The notes under the pieces were generated by a model. It searched no databases. It was not told the DNA's origin and was given only the letters and a program-made list of their open reading frames with translations. This document shows, piece by piece, positions 50,109-60,248 of a stretch of DNA of 64,000 bases; within the stretch, counting starts at the first letter, position 1; every line of letters starts with the position of its first letter. This DNA comes from Oscillospiraceae bacterium. Its GTDB lineage: Bacteria; Bacillota; Clostridia; Oscillospirales; Oscillospiraceae. The position numbers were made by a program, and so were the translations under genes. Where the stretch lies: contig JAVBMI010000019.1 in NCBI GenBank assembly GCA_031552685.1, forward strand, positions 2,771 through 66,770. The letters run 5' to 3'.

Positions 50109-50852
50109 TTACAGAACCTTTGCCAGAAATCCCTTGAGCCGCTCACTCTTCGGGTTTTCAAATATCTCTGAAGGTTTGTTTTCCTCAACGATTTTGCCCT
50201 CGTCCATGAAGATGACTCTGTCGCCCATTTCGCGGGCAAAGCCCATCTCGTGAGTAACGACGACCATGGTCATTCCCTCTCGGGCAAGCTGCTTCATAAC
50301 GTCCAGCACCTCCCCGACCATTTCGGGGTCAAGGGCGCTTGTCGGCTCGTCAAAGAGCATAACATCCGGGTTCATGCACAGGGCGCGGACAATGGCGATT
50401 CTCTGCTTTTGTCCGCCGGAGAGCTGGCTGGGATAGGCGTCGGCACGGTCTTCAAGGCCAACGCGCCTTAGCAGCTTCATGGCCTGTGCCTCCGCTTCCT
50501 CCTTGCTCTTTTTCAGAACATTTATTGGAGCGATGGTCATGTTTTTCAGAACTGTCATGTGCGGGAAAAGATTGAACTGCTGAAAAACCATGCCCATTTT
50601 CTGGCGGTGCAGGTTGATGTCCGTTTTTGGGTCGGTGATGTCAACACCCTCAAAGGTTATCGTACCGCCGGTCGGAATCTCGAGCAGATTCAGGCAGCGC
50701 AGGAAAGTTGATTTCCCGCTGCCGGAGGGGCCGATTACAACGACGACCTCGCCCAGGCGAATCTCGGCATCAATGCCGTCAAGTGCCTTGATCTCGCCGT
50801 TGTTGAAATATTTCTGGAGGTTTTTTGTTTGGATCAATACATTTGAGTTCAT
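50109..50852 (-). CDS. Polar amino acid ABC transporter ATP-binding protein
   Basis: GPSGSGKST...[15 protein letters not shown]...[13 protein letters not shown] is the GlnQ/ArtP-like pattern. Confidence 0.9.
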   Translation of the reverse strand: MNSNVLIQTKNLQKYFNNGEIKALDGIDAEIRLGEVVVVIGPSGSGKSTFLRCLNLLEIPTGGTITFEGVDITDPKTDINLHRQKMGMVFQQFNLFPHMTVLKNMTIAPINVLKKSKEEAEAQAMKLLRRVGLEDRADAYPSQLSGGQKQRIAIVRALCMNPDVMLFDEPTSALDPEMVGEVLDVMKQLAREGMTMVVVTHEMGFAREMGDRVIFMDEGKIVEENKPSEIFENPKSERLKGFLAKVL

Positions 50853-51700
50853 TTTTCAACAACCTCCTCCAGTGATCTCGTCACACCACGGTGGACTGAT
50901 TGCAGCCGCTTGTTTCCGCGACCCTCACTGTTTTGCAGCCGCCGTTCGAGCTTTTTCATAAAGAAGGTTATTATCGTAACCAGCAGCAGGTATATGAGTG
51001 CCGCAGTAATGAGCGGGTAAAAATAGTTGTAGGTTCTGCCGCCTACAATATTGGCAGCGTAAGTCAAATCCGTCAGACCGATATAACCTGCAACAGCCGT
51101 TTCCTTCAAAAGAACAATGAATTCATTGACCAGCGACGGCAGAACGGTTTTGAAAGCCTGAGGCAGGACAATAAAACGCATTGTCGGCACATAGCCGAAG
51201 CCCAGACTGCGACCTGCCTCCGTTTGTCCTATATCCACAGACATTATTCCGCCGCGGATGATCTCAGCCACATATGCACCGGAATTTATGCCGAAGGCAA
51301 GGCAGCCGACAGCAAGTTTGTTGCGGCTGGAGGCGAAAATGACAAAGAACATTATCATAATCTGAACAATGGCGGGCGTGCCGCGAATTACAGTCAGATA
51401 AATGTTGCAGATTGCATTGCCGATTTTCAGAAAAACCTTACCGGGACCGCTTCGCATTTCATGATACTGTTTGTCATAAGTAACGCGGATGAGAGAAACC
51501 ACAACGCCTAGACAAACACCTATTATCAGAGCAAACAGTGTCAGCAGAAGTGTATTGCCCAGTCCGCTGAGAAAGTACTTGTAGCGGTCATCCTGAATAA
51601 AGTGCCGGAAGATGTTGTAGCAGAACGACTGTAAAGCCTCGGGAAGACCCTGTATCCAGTCAGGTGCCGATGCCAGCCAATCAATCATTTTTTGGGTCAT
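50849..51700 (-). CDS. Polar amino acid ABC transporter permease
   Basis: The HisM/GlnP-type permease EAA-like region is present ([22 protein letters not shown]). Its stop overlaps the ATPase start. Confidence 0.88.
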   Translation of the reverse strand: MTQKMIDWLASAPDWIQGLPEALQSFCYNIFRHFIQDDRYKYFLSGLGNTLLLTLFALIIGVCLGVVVSLIRVTYDKQYHEMRSGPGKVFLKIGNAICNIYLTVIRGTPAIVQIMIMFFVIFASSRNKLAVGCLAFGINSGAYVAEIIRGGIMSVDIGQTEAGRSLGFGYVPTMRFIVLPQAFKTVLPSLVNEFIVLLKETAVAGYIGLTDLTYAANIVGGRTYNYFYPLITAALIYLLLVTIITFFMKKLERRLQNSEGRGNKRLQSVHRGVTRSLEEVVEK

Positions 51701-51720
51701 ATGCCAAACCTCCTTGCTGT

Positions 51721-51759
51721 GAAAAGGGAAAAATAAGGGGCAGGAAACTGCCCCTTATT
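51721..51759 (-). terminator. Intra-operon hairpin plus U-run between the binding-protein and permease genes
   Basis: The minus strand has aataaggggcag-tttc-ctgccccttatt followed by tttttccc. Confidence 0.5.
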
Positions 51760-51776
51760 GCCAATTAAACAGTACC

Positions 51777-52622
51777 TTATGCGGCAGGGATGTATTTTTC
51801 GATGATTGCAGCGACTGTGCCGTCAGCAATCAGCTCCTTGAGGGCCTTGTTAACAGCCTCAAACAGAGCCTCGTTAGTCTTGCTCATAGCACCGGCATAG
51901 TTTTCAGTGATGTACTCAGTGTCAAGAATCTTCAGTCCGGTGTTTTCAGCTACATAAGCCTTCGCGGGCTCGTTGTCGATTACGACGCAGTCGACCTTGC
52001 CTGTTGTAAGAGCCAGAACCGCTTCATTGCCCTTGCTGTAACGGTCAATAGTGGCAAGTCCCTCGTCCTCAAGGTCCCATGTGGTGTAGAGGTCGCCGGT
52101 GGTGTTACGCTGAACGCCGATGGTGTAGTTTGCACCCTCTGCAAAAAGATCGTCAACGCTGGTAATAGCGCTGTCTTCCTTAACGATGATGACCTGAACT
52201 CCGGTTGCGTAGGATTCGGTGAAGTTGACCTCCTCAAGACGGTCCTCGGTGACTGTCATACCTGCCATGCCGATATCTGCCTTGCCGGTGTTTACAGCCG
52301 TTGTGATGGAGTCAAACTCCATATCCTCGATTTTGAGTTCAAGACCAAGCTTCTCGGCGATAGCAGCTGCAATTTCCGCATCGATGCCGATTATGGCATT
52401 GTTCTCGTAGAACTCATAGGGCGGGAAGAAGGCGTTTGTGGCCATTGTGAGATAGCCCGCATTGGCTGTAGTGAATTCGGCCGTGTCGCCGCCGGCTGTC
52501 GGAGAGCTTGTGTCTGCATCAGGTGAGGGGCTTGTTGTGGTTTGACCGTTGCCGCAGGCGGCAAGGCTGAAAAGCATTGCCAGCGCAAGAATGGCAACTA
52601 TTATTTTTGTCATCTTTTTCAT
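51777..52622 (-). CDS. Amino acid ABC transporter substrate-binding lipoprotein
   Basis: Lipobox SLAACG and a family-3 SBP pattern (FPPYEF...GIDAEIA...DIGMAGMT). The ATG at 52622 lies 8 nt after GGAG. Confidence 0.88.
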   Translation of the reverse strand: MKKMTKIIVAILALAMLFSLAACGNGQTTTSPSPDADTSSPTAGGDTAEFTTANAGYLTMATNAFFPPYEFYENNAIIGIDAEIAAAIAEKLGLELKIEDMEFDSITTAVNTGKADIGMAGMTVTEDRLEEVNFTESYATGVQVIIVKEDSAITSVDDLFAEGANYTIGVQRNTTGDLYTTWDLEDEGLATIDRYSKGNEAVLALTTGKVDCVVIDNEPAKAYVAENTGLKILDTEYITENYAGAMSKTNEALFEAVNKALKELIADGTVAAIIEKYIPAA

Positions 52623-52708
52623 TTTCGTCACTCCATTAATTATTATTCGTTGTCGCAGAGTTCAGAGCACAGATGATATATCCGTGCCATCTGATTTTTA
52701 CGAAACTG

Positions 52709-52737
52709 ATTATAATACAGAATGAATGAATATTCAA
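52709..52737 (-). promoter_or_regulatory. Putative sigma-A promoter of the amino acid ABC operon
   Basis: The minus strand has TTGAAT, a 17-nt spacer and TATAAT. Confidence 0.55.
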
Positions 52738-52843
52738 GGGATATTTGTTTTTTTGGTAATTTTGCAGCAATATGCATAAAAATATGCCCTGAGTTGCATA
52801 TAATTATCATCTGCGCTATGCGACAGGGCATAATTATTCTTTT

Positions 52844-54175
52844 TTAGTCCTTGGCAATGCCGCCGAAATCCTGTGCGAGCTTACTGTATTTCTGGCAGGC
52901 GGAGAGTCTGTCTTTTTCTCTGCCGCCGGCTGCCTCAACAAGAATTGCCGACTCGTCCTCAAGCGGGTAAATCTTGACCTTGCATTTTCCGTCCTTTATG
53001 GATATGCCGTCGGAAAAATCCGCACCCGCCTCCCACAGAACCGAGGACATCTGCCGCATAAGCGTGGCTCTGCTTTTGCAGGATAGCTCCAGACAAAGGC
53101 CGCGATCACGGCGGGCGGGGGCTTCGCTTTGCTGTGGTTCCGTAAAGCAGCTTTCTCCGGTTCGGGAGATGATTTCGCCGCCCTTCGTCACGGTTTTTGC
53201 GGGAATACACGCGTTGCGGCAAACGATGCTTCCTTTAATCAGGCTTGCATCGCCCACCTTTCCGCCGTCCACAACGGAGTTTACGATTTTGCTGAAGCTG
53301 CCTATTTCACTTCTCGGATGAATTACGCTGTGCTCGATAACCGTGCCGTAACCGATGCTCGCGCCGCGGCAAATAACACTTGGCGCGATCACCGTGACAT
53401 CATTCTCCAAATGATATACTCCCCGCCCGCCGAAGTAATGGTCGCTTGCAGCGCCCTTAACTTTCAAAGCACCCTCCAAGGCGTCCATGCAGCTGCAAAG
53501 ATAGCTCGCACCATCGCCTATATCGCACCAGTAGCCGTCCATGGGCAATCCGGTCATTTTGCGCTTTTTCTCCGCCATCAGCGGAAAGAGATCCCGCGCA
53601 AAATCAAAGGGTATGTCGTGCGGCACAAGCTCCATCGCCTTTGGGGACATAATATAAATGCCGGTGTTGACATGATCTGTTACAACCCTGCTCCAGCCGG
53701 GTTTTTCGATAAAGCTGACTACGCGGCCTTCTCTGTCTGTGACCACAGTGCCGTAGCGCAGGGGCTGCGGATGCGGAAAAAGCGCCATTGTGACCTCGCT
53801 CTTTGTGTTCTTATGGTGCTCGTAGAGTGTTTTCAGCTCAAAATCACAGGCCGCGTCTCCGCTTATGATGAGAAAATCATCTCGTCCGTAAAAATCGGAA
53901 CAGGCACGGACGCCGCCGGCTGTTCCCAGTGGTTCTTCTTCGATGTGATAACTAATGGAAACGCCCAGACTCGAGCCGTTGCCGAAATAGTCAACAATGC
54001 AGTCCGGCTGGTGACCCAGAGTGAGGCAAAGCTCAGTAAAGCCGTTTTCTTTCAGCAGGAGCACAAGGTGCTCCAACAGCGGGATTCCAAGCAGTCTTGT
54101 CATCGGTTTGGGCGCAAGCTCACTGATCGGCATAAGCCTTGTACCTTTTCCTCCCGCCATTATGATTGCTTTCAA
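52844..54175 (-). CDS. Sugar-phosphate nucleotidyltransferase with a left-handed beta-helix domain and an extra C-terminal domain
   Basis: KAIIMAGGKGTRLMPISELAPKPM...EEPLGTAGGV is the NTP-transferase signature. Hexapeptide-like repeats follow. I propose a TTG start at 54175 giving MKAIIMAGG. The ORF track extends to 54244. Confidence 0.8.
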   Translation of the reverse strand: MKAIIMAGGKGTRLMPISELAPKPMTRLLGIPLLEHLVLLLKENGFTELCLTLGHQPDCIVDYFGNGSSLGVSISYHIEEEPLGTAGGVRACSDFYGRDDFLIISGDAACDFELKTLYEHHKNTKSEVTMALFPHPQPLRYGTVVTDREGRVVSFIEKPGWSRVVTDHVNTGIYIMSPKAMELVPHDIPFDFARDLFPLMAEKKRKMTGLPMDGYWCDIGDGASYLCSCMDALEGALKVKGAASDHYFGGRGVYHLENDVTVIAPSVICRGASIGYGTVIEHSVIHPRSEIGSFSKIVNSVVDGGKVGDASLIKGSIVCRNACIPAKTVTKGGEIISRTGESCFTEPQQSEAPARRDRGLCLELSCKSRATLMRQMSSVLWEAGADFSDGISIKDGKCKVKIYPLEDESAILVEAAGGREKDRLSACQKYSKLAQDFGGIAKD

Positions 54176-54349
54176 GCCTTCACTTCCCTTCTTTTTCTCA
54201 GACTTGAACGGCATTGCCCGGGAAAAATCCGCATAGAGCAACACTGTTCATGCTAATTAAGAGTATTTCCCATACATGGGATAATTAATCGAGGAGAAAT
54301 CAGACAGTGGCAATTGAACAGTTTCACAATATTTTAGACTTCTCCGCTA

Positions 54350-54378
54350 TTGAATTATCAGAATAATATTGATATAAT
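54350..54378 (+). promoter_or_regulatory. Putative sigma-A promoter of gdpP-rplI-dnaB
   Basis: TTGAAT, a 17-nt spacer and TATAAT. Confidence 0.55.
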
Positions 54379-54434
54379 GTATAATCTCCGTGTCTTTATA
54401 CGTTGACGCAATTTTTTTGAGAGGAGTGCCTTTT

Positions 54435-56423
54435 TTGAAAAATCCCATCAACAGGCTTACAGAGCCCGGCACCCCTATGCTGTTTTCCGTTCTTGCGGTG
54501 TTCGCGATCGCCGCATATTTCTTCAACCCTATTCTCGGATATATTGAGGGCGGCCTGGTCGCGGTTATAATCATTTACACACTGCTTATCAACAGGCGGC
54601 GCAGAAAGCAGCTTCAGGATTATATTGAGTCGGTCACCTACGATGCGGAGACGGCTAAGAATGACAGTCTTGTCAATTTTCCGCTGCCAATGGTCGCAAT
54701 TAAGCTGGACAACTCCTCAATAGTATGGGGCAACCGCTTCTTTTTCGACCTTTTCGGCAAAAATTCGCCGAGATTCGACTCCCGGCTAACTGACTTTGTG
54801 CCCGGATTCAAGGCAAAATGGCTCACCGAGGGCAAGCAGCAGTGCTCAGAACTTATGGAAGTCAACGGCCGCCGCTACAGGGTTTACGGGAACATCGTCC
54901 GAAACGAAAACGAAAGCACTCTCGACTTCATGGCAGTGACCTATTGGCTTGACGTCACCGAATACGATCAGACAAAGCAGGAGTATGAGGACACGCGTCC
55001 GGTCGTTGCGATAATAGTATTTGACAATCTGGACGAAATAGCCCGAAACCAGCCGGACAGGGTTAAAACAGAGCTTCAAAACATGGTCGCGGACAGAATT
55101 GAAAACTGGTGCGTTGATATGGGCGCAATCCTGTGCCGATATGAGCGGGACAAGTATCTTTTCGTCTTTGAAAGCCGCTATCTGCCCATATTGAAAAGAG
55201 AACGTTTTTCTCTGCTGGACAGGGTTCACGAGGTAATAAGCCCAGTCGGAATCCACGCCAGTGTCAGCATCGGAATAGGCATTGACGGTGAGGATTTTGA
55301 GGAAAACTACAGCTTTGCCCGGCTCAGCGCGGACATGGCGCTGTCCAGAGGCGGAGATCAGGCGGTTATCAAGAACCGTTTCAATTTCGAGTTTTTCGGC
55401 GGACGCGGCGAGGAGGTTGAAACCAGAACAAAGGTTAAAAGCCGTGTTATGGCCAACGCTCTGTCAGAGCTGATAAAAATATCCGACCATGTGATGATAA
55501 TGGGTCACCACTTCGGGGACATGGACTGTGTCGGAGCGGCGGCCGGAGTTTTTTGCATTGCCCGCAAGCTCGGCTGCAAGGCAAACATCATAGTTGATGA
55601 GAGCAATAACGCTGCGGAACGCCTGATCGGAATGCTCAGAGCCACAGCCGACTATGCCGGCGCCTTTATGACGCCGCAGGAGGCGATGCTGCAGGCGGGC
55701 AAAAACACCCTGCTGGTCATTGTTGACACAAACAGGCCCGAGCAGGTTGAGGATCAGAGCATTCTGCTGGCCTGCAACCGGGTTGCAGTAATCGACCATC
55801 ACAGACGCGCGGCAACCTACATCCAAAACGCTATTTTTTCCTTTATCGAGCCATATGCTTCGTCAGTCTGCGAGCTGGTTTGTGAGCTTATGCAGGAGCT
55901 TGTCGGTCAGGACGATATTCTCAGGGCGGAGGCGGACGCCCTCTTGGCCGGAATAGTTATGGACACTAAAAACTTCACCCTTCGCACAGGTGAAAGAACC
56001 TTTGACGCCGCAGCATTTCTGCGCCGAATGGGAGCGGACACCATCGCCGTTAAGCGCATTTTACAAAATGACATGGACGATACGGTGGCAAAATACGGGA
56101 TTCTGCAGAATGTTCACAGATACCGCGACAATATCGCGGTCGCGGTCATGGAAGAGCAGCAGGACAGAAGTGTGGCGGCGCAGGCGGCCGATGAAATGCT
56201 CAACATAACGGGTATTCATGCCTCCCTTGTGATTTATCCCAACCAAAACGGAGGGCTTAATATCTCTGCGCGCTCAATCGGTGATGTCAATGTCCAGGTG
56301 CTTCTTGAGGAGCTTGGCGGCGGCGGTAACAAATCAGCGGCAGGAGCTCAGCTTGAAAACACTTCACTGAAAGACGGGGTGAACCGGCTGTTTGCCGCAA
56401 TTGACAAGTATTTTGAAGATTAA
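54435..56423 (+). CDS. gdpP: Cyclic-di-AMP phosphodiesterase GdpP (YybT): TM-PAS-degenerate GGDEF-DHH/DHHA1
   Basis: It has two N-terminal TM helices, a DHH motif (VIDHHRR) and DHHA1 (GGGGNKSAAGAQ). It keeps the conserved position upstream of rplI-dnaB. There is a TTG start at 54435, 8 nt after GAGAGGAG. Confidence 0.85.
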   Translation: MKNPINRLTEPGTPMLFSVLAVFAIAAYFFNPILGYIEGGLVAVIIIYTLLINRRRRKQLQDYIESVTYDAETAKNDSLVNFPLPMVAIKLDNSSIVWGNRFFFDLFGKNSPRFDSRLTDFVPGFKAKWLTEGKQQCSELMEVNGRRYRVYGNIVRNENESTLDFMAVTYWLDVTEYDQTKQEYEDTRPVVAIIVFDNLDEIARNQPDRVKTELQNMVADRIENWCVDMGAILCRYERDKYLFVFESRYLPILKRERFSLLDRVHEVISPVGIHASVSIGIGIDGEDFEENYSFARLSADMALSRGGDQAVIKNRFNFEFFGGRGEEVETRTKVKSRVMANALSELIKISDHVMIMGHHFGDMDCVGAAAGVFCIARKLGCKANIIVDESNNAAERLIGMLRATADYAGAFMTPQEAMLQAGKNTLLVIVDTNRPEQVEDQSILLACNRVAVIDHHRRAATYIQNAIFSFIEPYASSVCELVCELMQELVGQDDILRAEADALLAGIVMDTKNFTLRTGERTFDAAAFLRRMGADTIAVKRILQNDMDDTVAKYGILQNVHRYRDNIAVAVMEEQQDRSVAAQAADEMLNITGIHASLVIYPNQNGGLNISARSIGDVNVQVLLEELGGGGNKSAAGAQLENTSLKDGVNRLFAAIDKYFED

Positions 56424-56441
56424 ATAAATGAGGTTTGCGCT

Positions 56442-56891
56442 ATGAAAGTAATTTTCTTGACCGATGTAAAAGGACAGGGCAAAAAAGACGAATTGAAAGA
56501 GGTTTCCGACGGCTACGCCAGAAACTATCTGATACCTAAAAAAATGGCACTTGAGGCGACCACAGACGCGCTTAACAAGCTTAAGCTCCAGGAAAAGGCC
56601 CGTCTTGCGCAGCTTGCCAAGGACAAGGCCCTCGCAGAAGAAATCAATAAGCAGCTTGAGGCAATTGTGGTCAAAGTACCTGCGAAAGGCGGAGAGGGCG
56701 GAAAGCTGTTCGGCTCAGTTACCTCCAAGGAGATAAGCGATGCGCTGAATGAACAGTTCGGTATAGCGGTTGACAAAAACAAAATTGTTCAGTCAGAGCC
56801 GATAAAGACCTTTGGCACGCACGAGGTAAAGTGTAAGCTTGGATTCGAAATTTCAGGTACAATCAACGTAATAGTAACCGAAGAAAAATAA
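56442..56891 (+). CDS. rplI: 50S ribosomal protein L9
   Basis: [34 protein letters not shown]. Confidence 0.95.
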   Translation: MKVIFLTDVKGQGKKDELKEVSDGYARNYLIPKKMALEATTDALNKLKLQEKARLAQLAKDKALAEEINKQLEAIVVKVPAKGGEGGKLFGSVTSKEISDALNEQFGIAVDKNKIVQSEPIKTFGTHEVKCKLGFEISGTINVIVTEEK

Positions 56892-56914
56892 CTCTCCCAA
56901 ACAAGGAGAAAGAT

Positions 56915-58267
56915 ATGAACGAGCTTTTTGAGCAAAAAGTACCCCATAGCTCTGAGGCGGAGCAGGCTGTTCTGGGCTCAATGCTCATTGACAGCGACTG
57001 CATTCCGGACGTTCTCCAGAAGGCGAGGAGTGAGGACTTCTTCCTTGAGAGCAACAGGGATATTTTCGAAACGATTTTTAATATGTACTCATACGGACGC
57101 ACGGTGGATCCCATCACGGTGCTGGATCAAATGCGCGTCCGCGGCGTTTCGCGGGATAATTCTCAGGCTTACCTGATGGAGCTCATGCAGGTAACGCCGA
57201 CCGCCGCAAACGTGCTCAAATATGTGGATATCCTGCGTGAAATGTCATTGCTGCGCGGCCTTTCCGCCGTGGGACGCGACATTACCGAGATGGTTTCCGA
57301 GGGCACCGGTCAGGCGGACGCCATGTTGGAGGCCGCTGAGAGAAAGATCTATTCCCTGCGCCAGGGCAGAACCATCGGCGGGCTGATGAAAATCGCAAAT
57401 GTTGTTCAGGACGTATATGAGCAGATTTCCCGCATCAGCATGGAGGGCAACCCGATTCCGGGCCTTTCCACCGGACTGACTGATCTTGACAGCAAGATAC
57501 TGGGTCTGAACAAGGGCGACCTTATCATTATCGCTTCCCGCCCCGGCATGGGAAAAACAAGTATTGCGCTGAACATGTCCATGCACGTGGCAAAGAACTA
57601 TGACAAGTCGGTCGCCATTTTCTCACTGGAAATGGCCAGAGAGCAGCTTGCGATAAGGCTGCTTTCCGCCGAGAGCTTTGTAGACAGCAAAAAGCTGCTC
57701 ACAGGCAGGCTTTCAAACCGCGATTGGGAGGAGCTCGGAAAGGCGGCCTCTACCATAAGTGAAACCGGCATCCTTATAGATGACAACCCCACACTGACGG
57801 TTGCGGAGATGAACTCCCAATGCCGCAGGCTCAACAATCTCGGCCTCGTGGTAATTGACTATCTCCAGCTCATGCAATCCTCCGGCAGCGGCAAGAGCTA
57901 CTCCGGAGAAAACCGCCAGCAGGCTGTCAGCGACATGAGCCGCATGCTCAAAGTTATGGCGAAAGAACTCAATGTGCCAGTAATCTGCCTGTCACAGCTC
58001 TCACGAGCAGCGGAAGGGCGGAAGGAAAATAAAAGGCCAATGCTCTCAGACCTGCGCGAATCGGGTGCTATCGAGCAGGACGCAGACATCGTCATCGGCC
58101 TTTTCAGAGAAGGCTACTATGACGAGGAGTGCGTCAACCCGAACGCCGCAGAGGCGATAGTACTGAAGAACCGCCACGGTGAGCCCGGAACGGTAAATCT
58201 CATCTGGCAGGCGGAATACACCCGCTATGTTTCGGCGGATAAGAGACACGATGAAGAAGATTATTGA
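56915..58267 (+). CDS. dnaB: Replicative DNA helicase (DnaB family)
   Basis: PHSSEAEQAVLGSMLID...GDLIIIASRPGMGKTS...RESGAIEQDAD. Confidence 0.95.
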   Translation: MNELFEQKVPHSSEAEQAVLGSMLIDSDCIPDVLQKARSEDFFLESNRDIFETIFNMYSYGRTVDPITVLDQMRVRGVSRDNSQAYLMELMQVTPTAANVLKYVDILREMSLLRGLSAVGRDITEMVSEGTGQADAMLEAAERKIYSLRQGRTIGGLMKIANVVQDVYEQISRISMEGNPIPGLSTGLTDLDSKILGLNKGDLIIIASRPGMGKTSIALNMSMHVAKNYDKSVAIFSLEMAREQLAIRLLSAESFVDSKKLLTGRLSNRDWEELGKAASTISETGILIDDNPTLTVAEMNSQCRRLNNLGLVVIDYLQLMQSSGSGKSYSGENRQQAVSDMSRMLKVMAKELNVPVICLSQLSRAAEGRKENKRPMLSDLRESGAIEQDADIVIGLFREGYYDEECVNPNAAEAIVLKNRHGEPGTVNLIWQAEYTRYVSADKRHDEEDY

Positions 58268-59630
58268 TAAGGTCTCCGATTTCAGTAAAAAACTGGATCT
58301 ATTTCCGAGGGGCGGAATCGTTCTTGCGGCTGTTTCCGGCGGCAAAGACTCAATGGTGATGCTGGATATACTCATGCAGCTCAGAAACAGTTTCGGCTTT
58401 GAGCTTGCCTGCGCCCATTTTAATCACCGTCTGCGTGCACAGGAGTCGGAGAGGGACGCCGGCTTTGTGGAGTCCTATTGTCAGAATAATAAGATTAGTT
58501 TTTTTCTCGGCTCGGGAGATGTTTATGCACTTGCAGCGGAAAGCGGCACCGGAATCGAGGAAGCCGCGCGCAACGCCAGATATGCATTTTTGCAGGATAC
58601 CCTCATCGACATTTCCAGAGAAAACTCCCGCGATGTCAGGATAGCTACCGCCCACACGGCGGACGACAACGCGGAAACATTTCTGCTTAATCTTTCAAGA
58701 GGCAGTGGCCTGCGCGGACTGTGCGCAATTCCGCCGGTTCGCGGCAAAATAATCCGCCCGATGCTGGATGTTACGACCGGAGAGGTCGTGGAGTATCTGC
58801 GCGAAAACGACATTCCCCATGTGGACGACAGCACAAACCTTGAGGATGATTACACGCGCAACCGCCTTCGCCACCACGTTATTCCCGCGTTGCTGGACAT
58901 TAACCCCGCGTTTATGGAAAACGCCGGAAGGGCAATTTCGATCCTGCGTGAGGATGAGGACTTTCTGCTCTCTCTGGCAAGGGCTTTGGTCTCCGAAAAC
59001 GAGCTGGAGGGTGAGCTTCCGGCGGCAACGCTTGCAGAGCTTCCAAAACCCGTTGCGGCAAGAGTAATAAAACTCATGGCAGACAGGGAGCTTTCCCAAA
59101 AACATATTGATGCGATCCTTTCCATCGCCTCCGGAGAAGACCCGCACGCGGCGGCGGATATTCCCGGAATGCGCGTTCAGCGCAACTATGACAGGCTGTT
59201 TTTCGATTTGGACGATGCGCAGCTTTTTGAGCCGCAGGTGCTGAAAATCGGTGAAACACTCCACATAAAGAACGCTCAAACACGTATTATTTCAGAGTTT
59301 TTGCCTAATTGCGGTGAAATTCACAATTCCGACAACACTTTTTTCTTTAAGAATGATAGCATCTGTGGTAATATTGTTGTCGGCGCGCGCCGCGATGGTG
59401 ACGAAATTCGTTTAGCGGGCAGGGGCTGCACCAAAACACTGAAGAAGTTATTCAACGAATCCCGCCTGAACGGCGTGGGTATGAGGAAAATTCCTGTGCT
59501 TCGGGATGACCGTGGCGTTATTGCCGTCAGCGGCTTCGGCTTAGCCGAGCGCTGCCTGGCCAAACCCGGGGACGACGTTATCTGCGTGAGCATTCAAACA
59601 GATAATCCTCCGCTGCAATACGCGGACTAA
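58251..59630 (+). CDS. tilS: tRNA(Ile)-lysidine synthase
   Basis: It has the PP-loop AAVSGGKDSMVM and AHTADDNAETFLLNLSRGSG. Its start overlaps the dnaB 3' end by 17 nt. Confidence 0.9.
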   Translation: MKKIIDKVSDFSKKLDLFPRGGIVLAAVSGGKDSMVMLDILMQLRNSFGFELACAHFNHRLRAQESERDAGFVESYCQNNKISFFLGSGDVYALAAESGTGIEEAARNARYAFLQDTLIDISRENSRDVRIATAHTADDNAETFLLNLSRGSGLRGLCAIPPVRGKIIRPMLDVTTGEVVEYLRENDIPHVDDSTNLEDDYTRNRLRHHVIPALLDINPAFMENAGRAISILREDEDFLLSLARALVSENELEGELPAATLAELPKPVAARVIKLMADRELSQKHIDAILSIASGEDPHAAADIPGMRVQRNYDRLFFDLDDAQLFEPQVLKIGETLHIKNAQTRIISEFLPNCGEIHNSDNTFFFKNDSICGNIVVGARRDGDEIRLAGRGCTKTLKKLFNESRLNGVGMRKIPVLRDDRGVIAVSGFGLAERCLAKPGDDVICVSIQTDNPPLQYAD

Positions 59631-59659
59631 ATAGATAGAAATTGTGGGAGAATCAATTA

Positions 59660-60196
59660 ATGAAAGACGACATTCTCAAAGTCCTGCTTACCGAGGAGCA
59701 GATTGCGCAGCGCGTGCAGGAGCTTGGGCAGGAAGTCACCGAGCGCTTTAAGGGCAGGGAGCCGCTGTTCATAGGCATTTTGAAGGGCAGCTTCGTGTTC
59801 ATGGCCGATTTGATGCGGCATGTTAATTTGAGGAGTTCAATCGACTTCATGGCTGTGTCTTCATACGGAGCAGGGACAAGCACCTCCGGAGCTGTAAAAA
59901 TCAACAAGGATCTGAATGAGGATATCGAAGGCCGTGACGTTATTATTGTGGAGGACATTCTGGACAGCGGCGTTACGCTCAACTATCTGCGCGGCTACCT
60001 GACAAACCGGAAACCGGCGTCAATCACGATAGTCACCCTGCTTGACAAGCCCTCGCGCCGCAAGGCAGACATTGTAGCCGATTTTTCAGGCTTCTCGGTG
60101 CCGGATGAATTTGTTGTAGGCTACGGCCTCGACTATGACGAAAAATACCGTAACCTCCCGTTTATTGGCGTTCTTAAACCGGAGGTCTACTCTTAA
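59660..60196 (+). CDS. hpt: Hypoxanthine phosphoribosyltransferase
   Basis: GILKGSFVFMADL...VIIVEDILDSGVTL is the PRPP-binding motif. Confidence 0.92.
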   Translation: MKDDILKVLLTEEQIAQRVQELGQEVTERFKGREPLFIGILKGSFVFMADLMRHVNLRSSIDFMAVSSYGAGTSTSGAVKINKDLNEDIEGRDVIIVEDILDSGVTLNYLRGYLTNRKPASITIVTLLDKPSRRKADIVADFSGFSVPDEFVVGYGLDYDEKYRNLPFIGVLKPEVYS

Positions 60197-60248
60197 ATAA
60201 ACCCCGCAAAACATACAGTTTAGGTTAAAACGAGGAAGTGAATTAAGT

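Noticed and set aside
53129-54256. 375-aa plus-strand ORF opposite the nucleotidyltransferase gene
   Set aside because: The minus-strand frame carries the unmistakable GGKGTRL nucleotidyltransferase signature. The plus-strand frame has no family resemblance.
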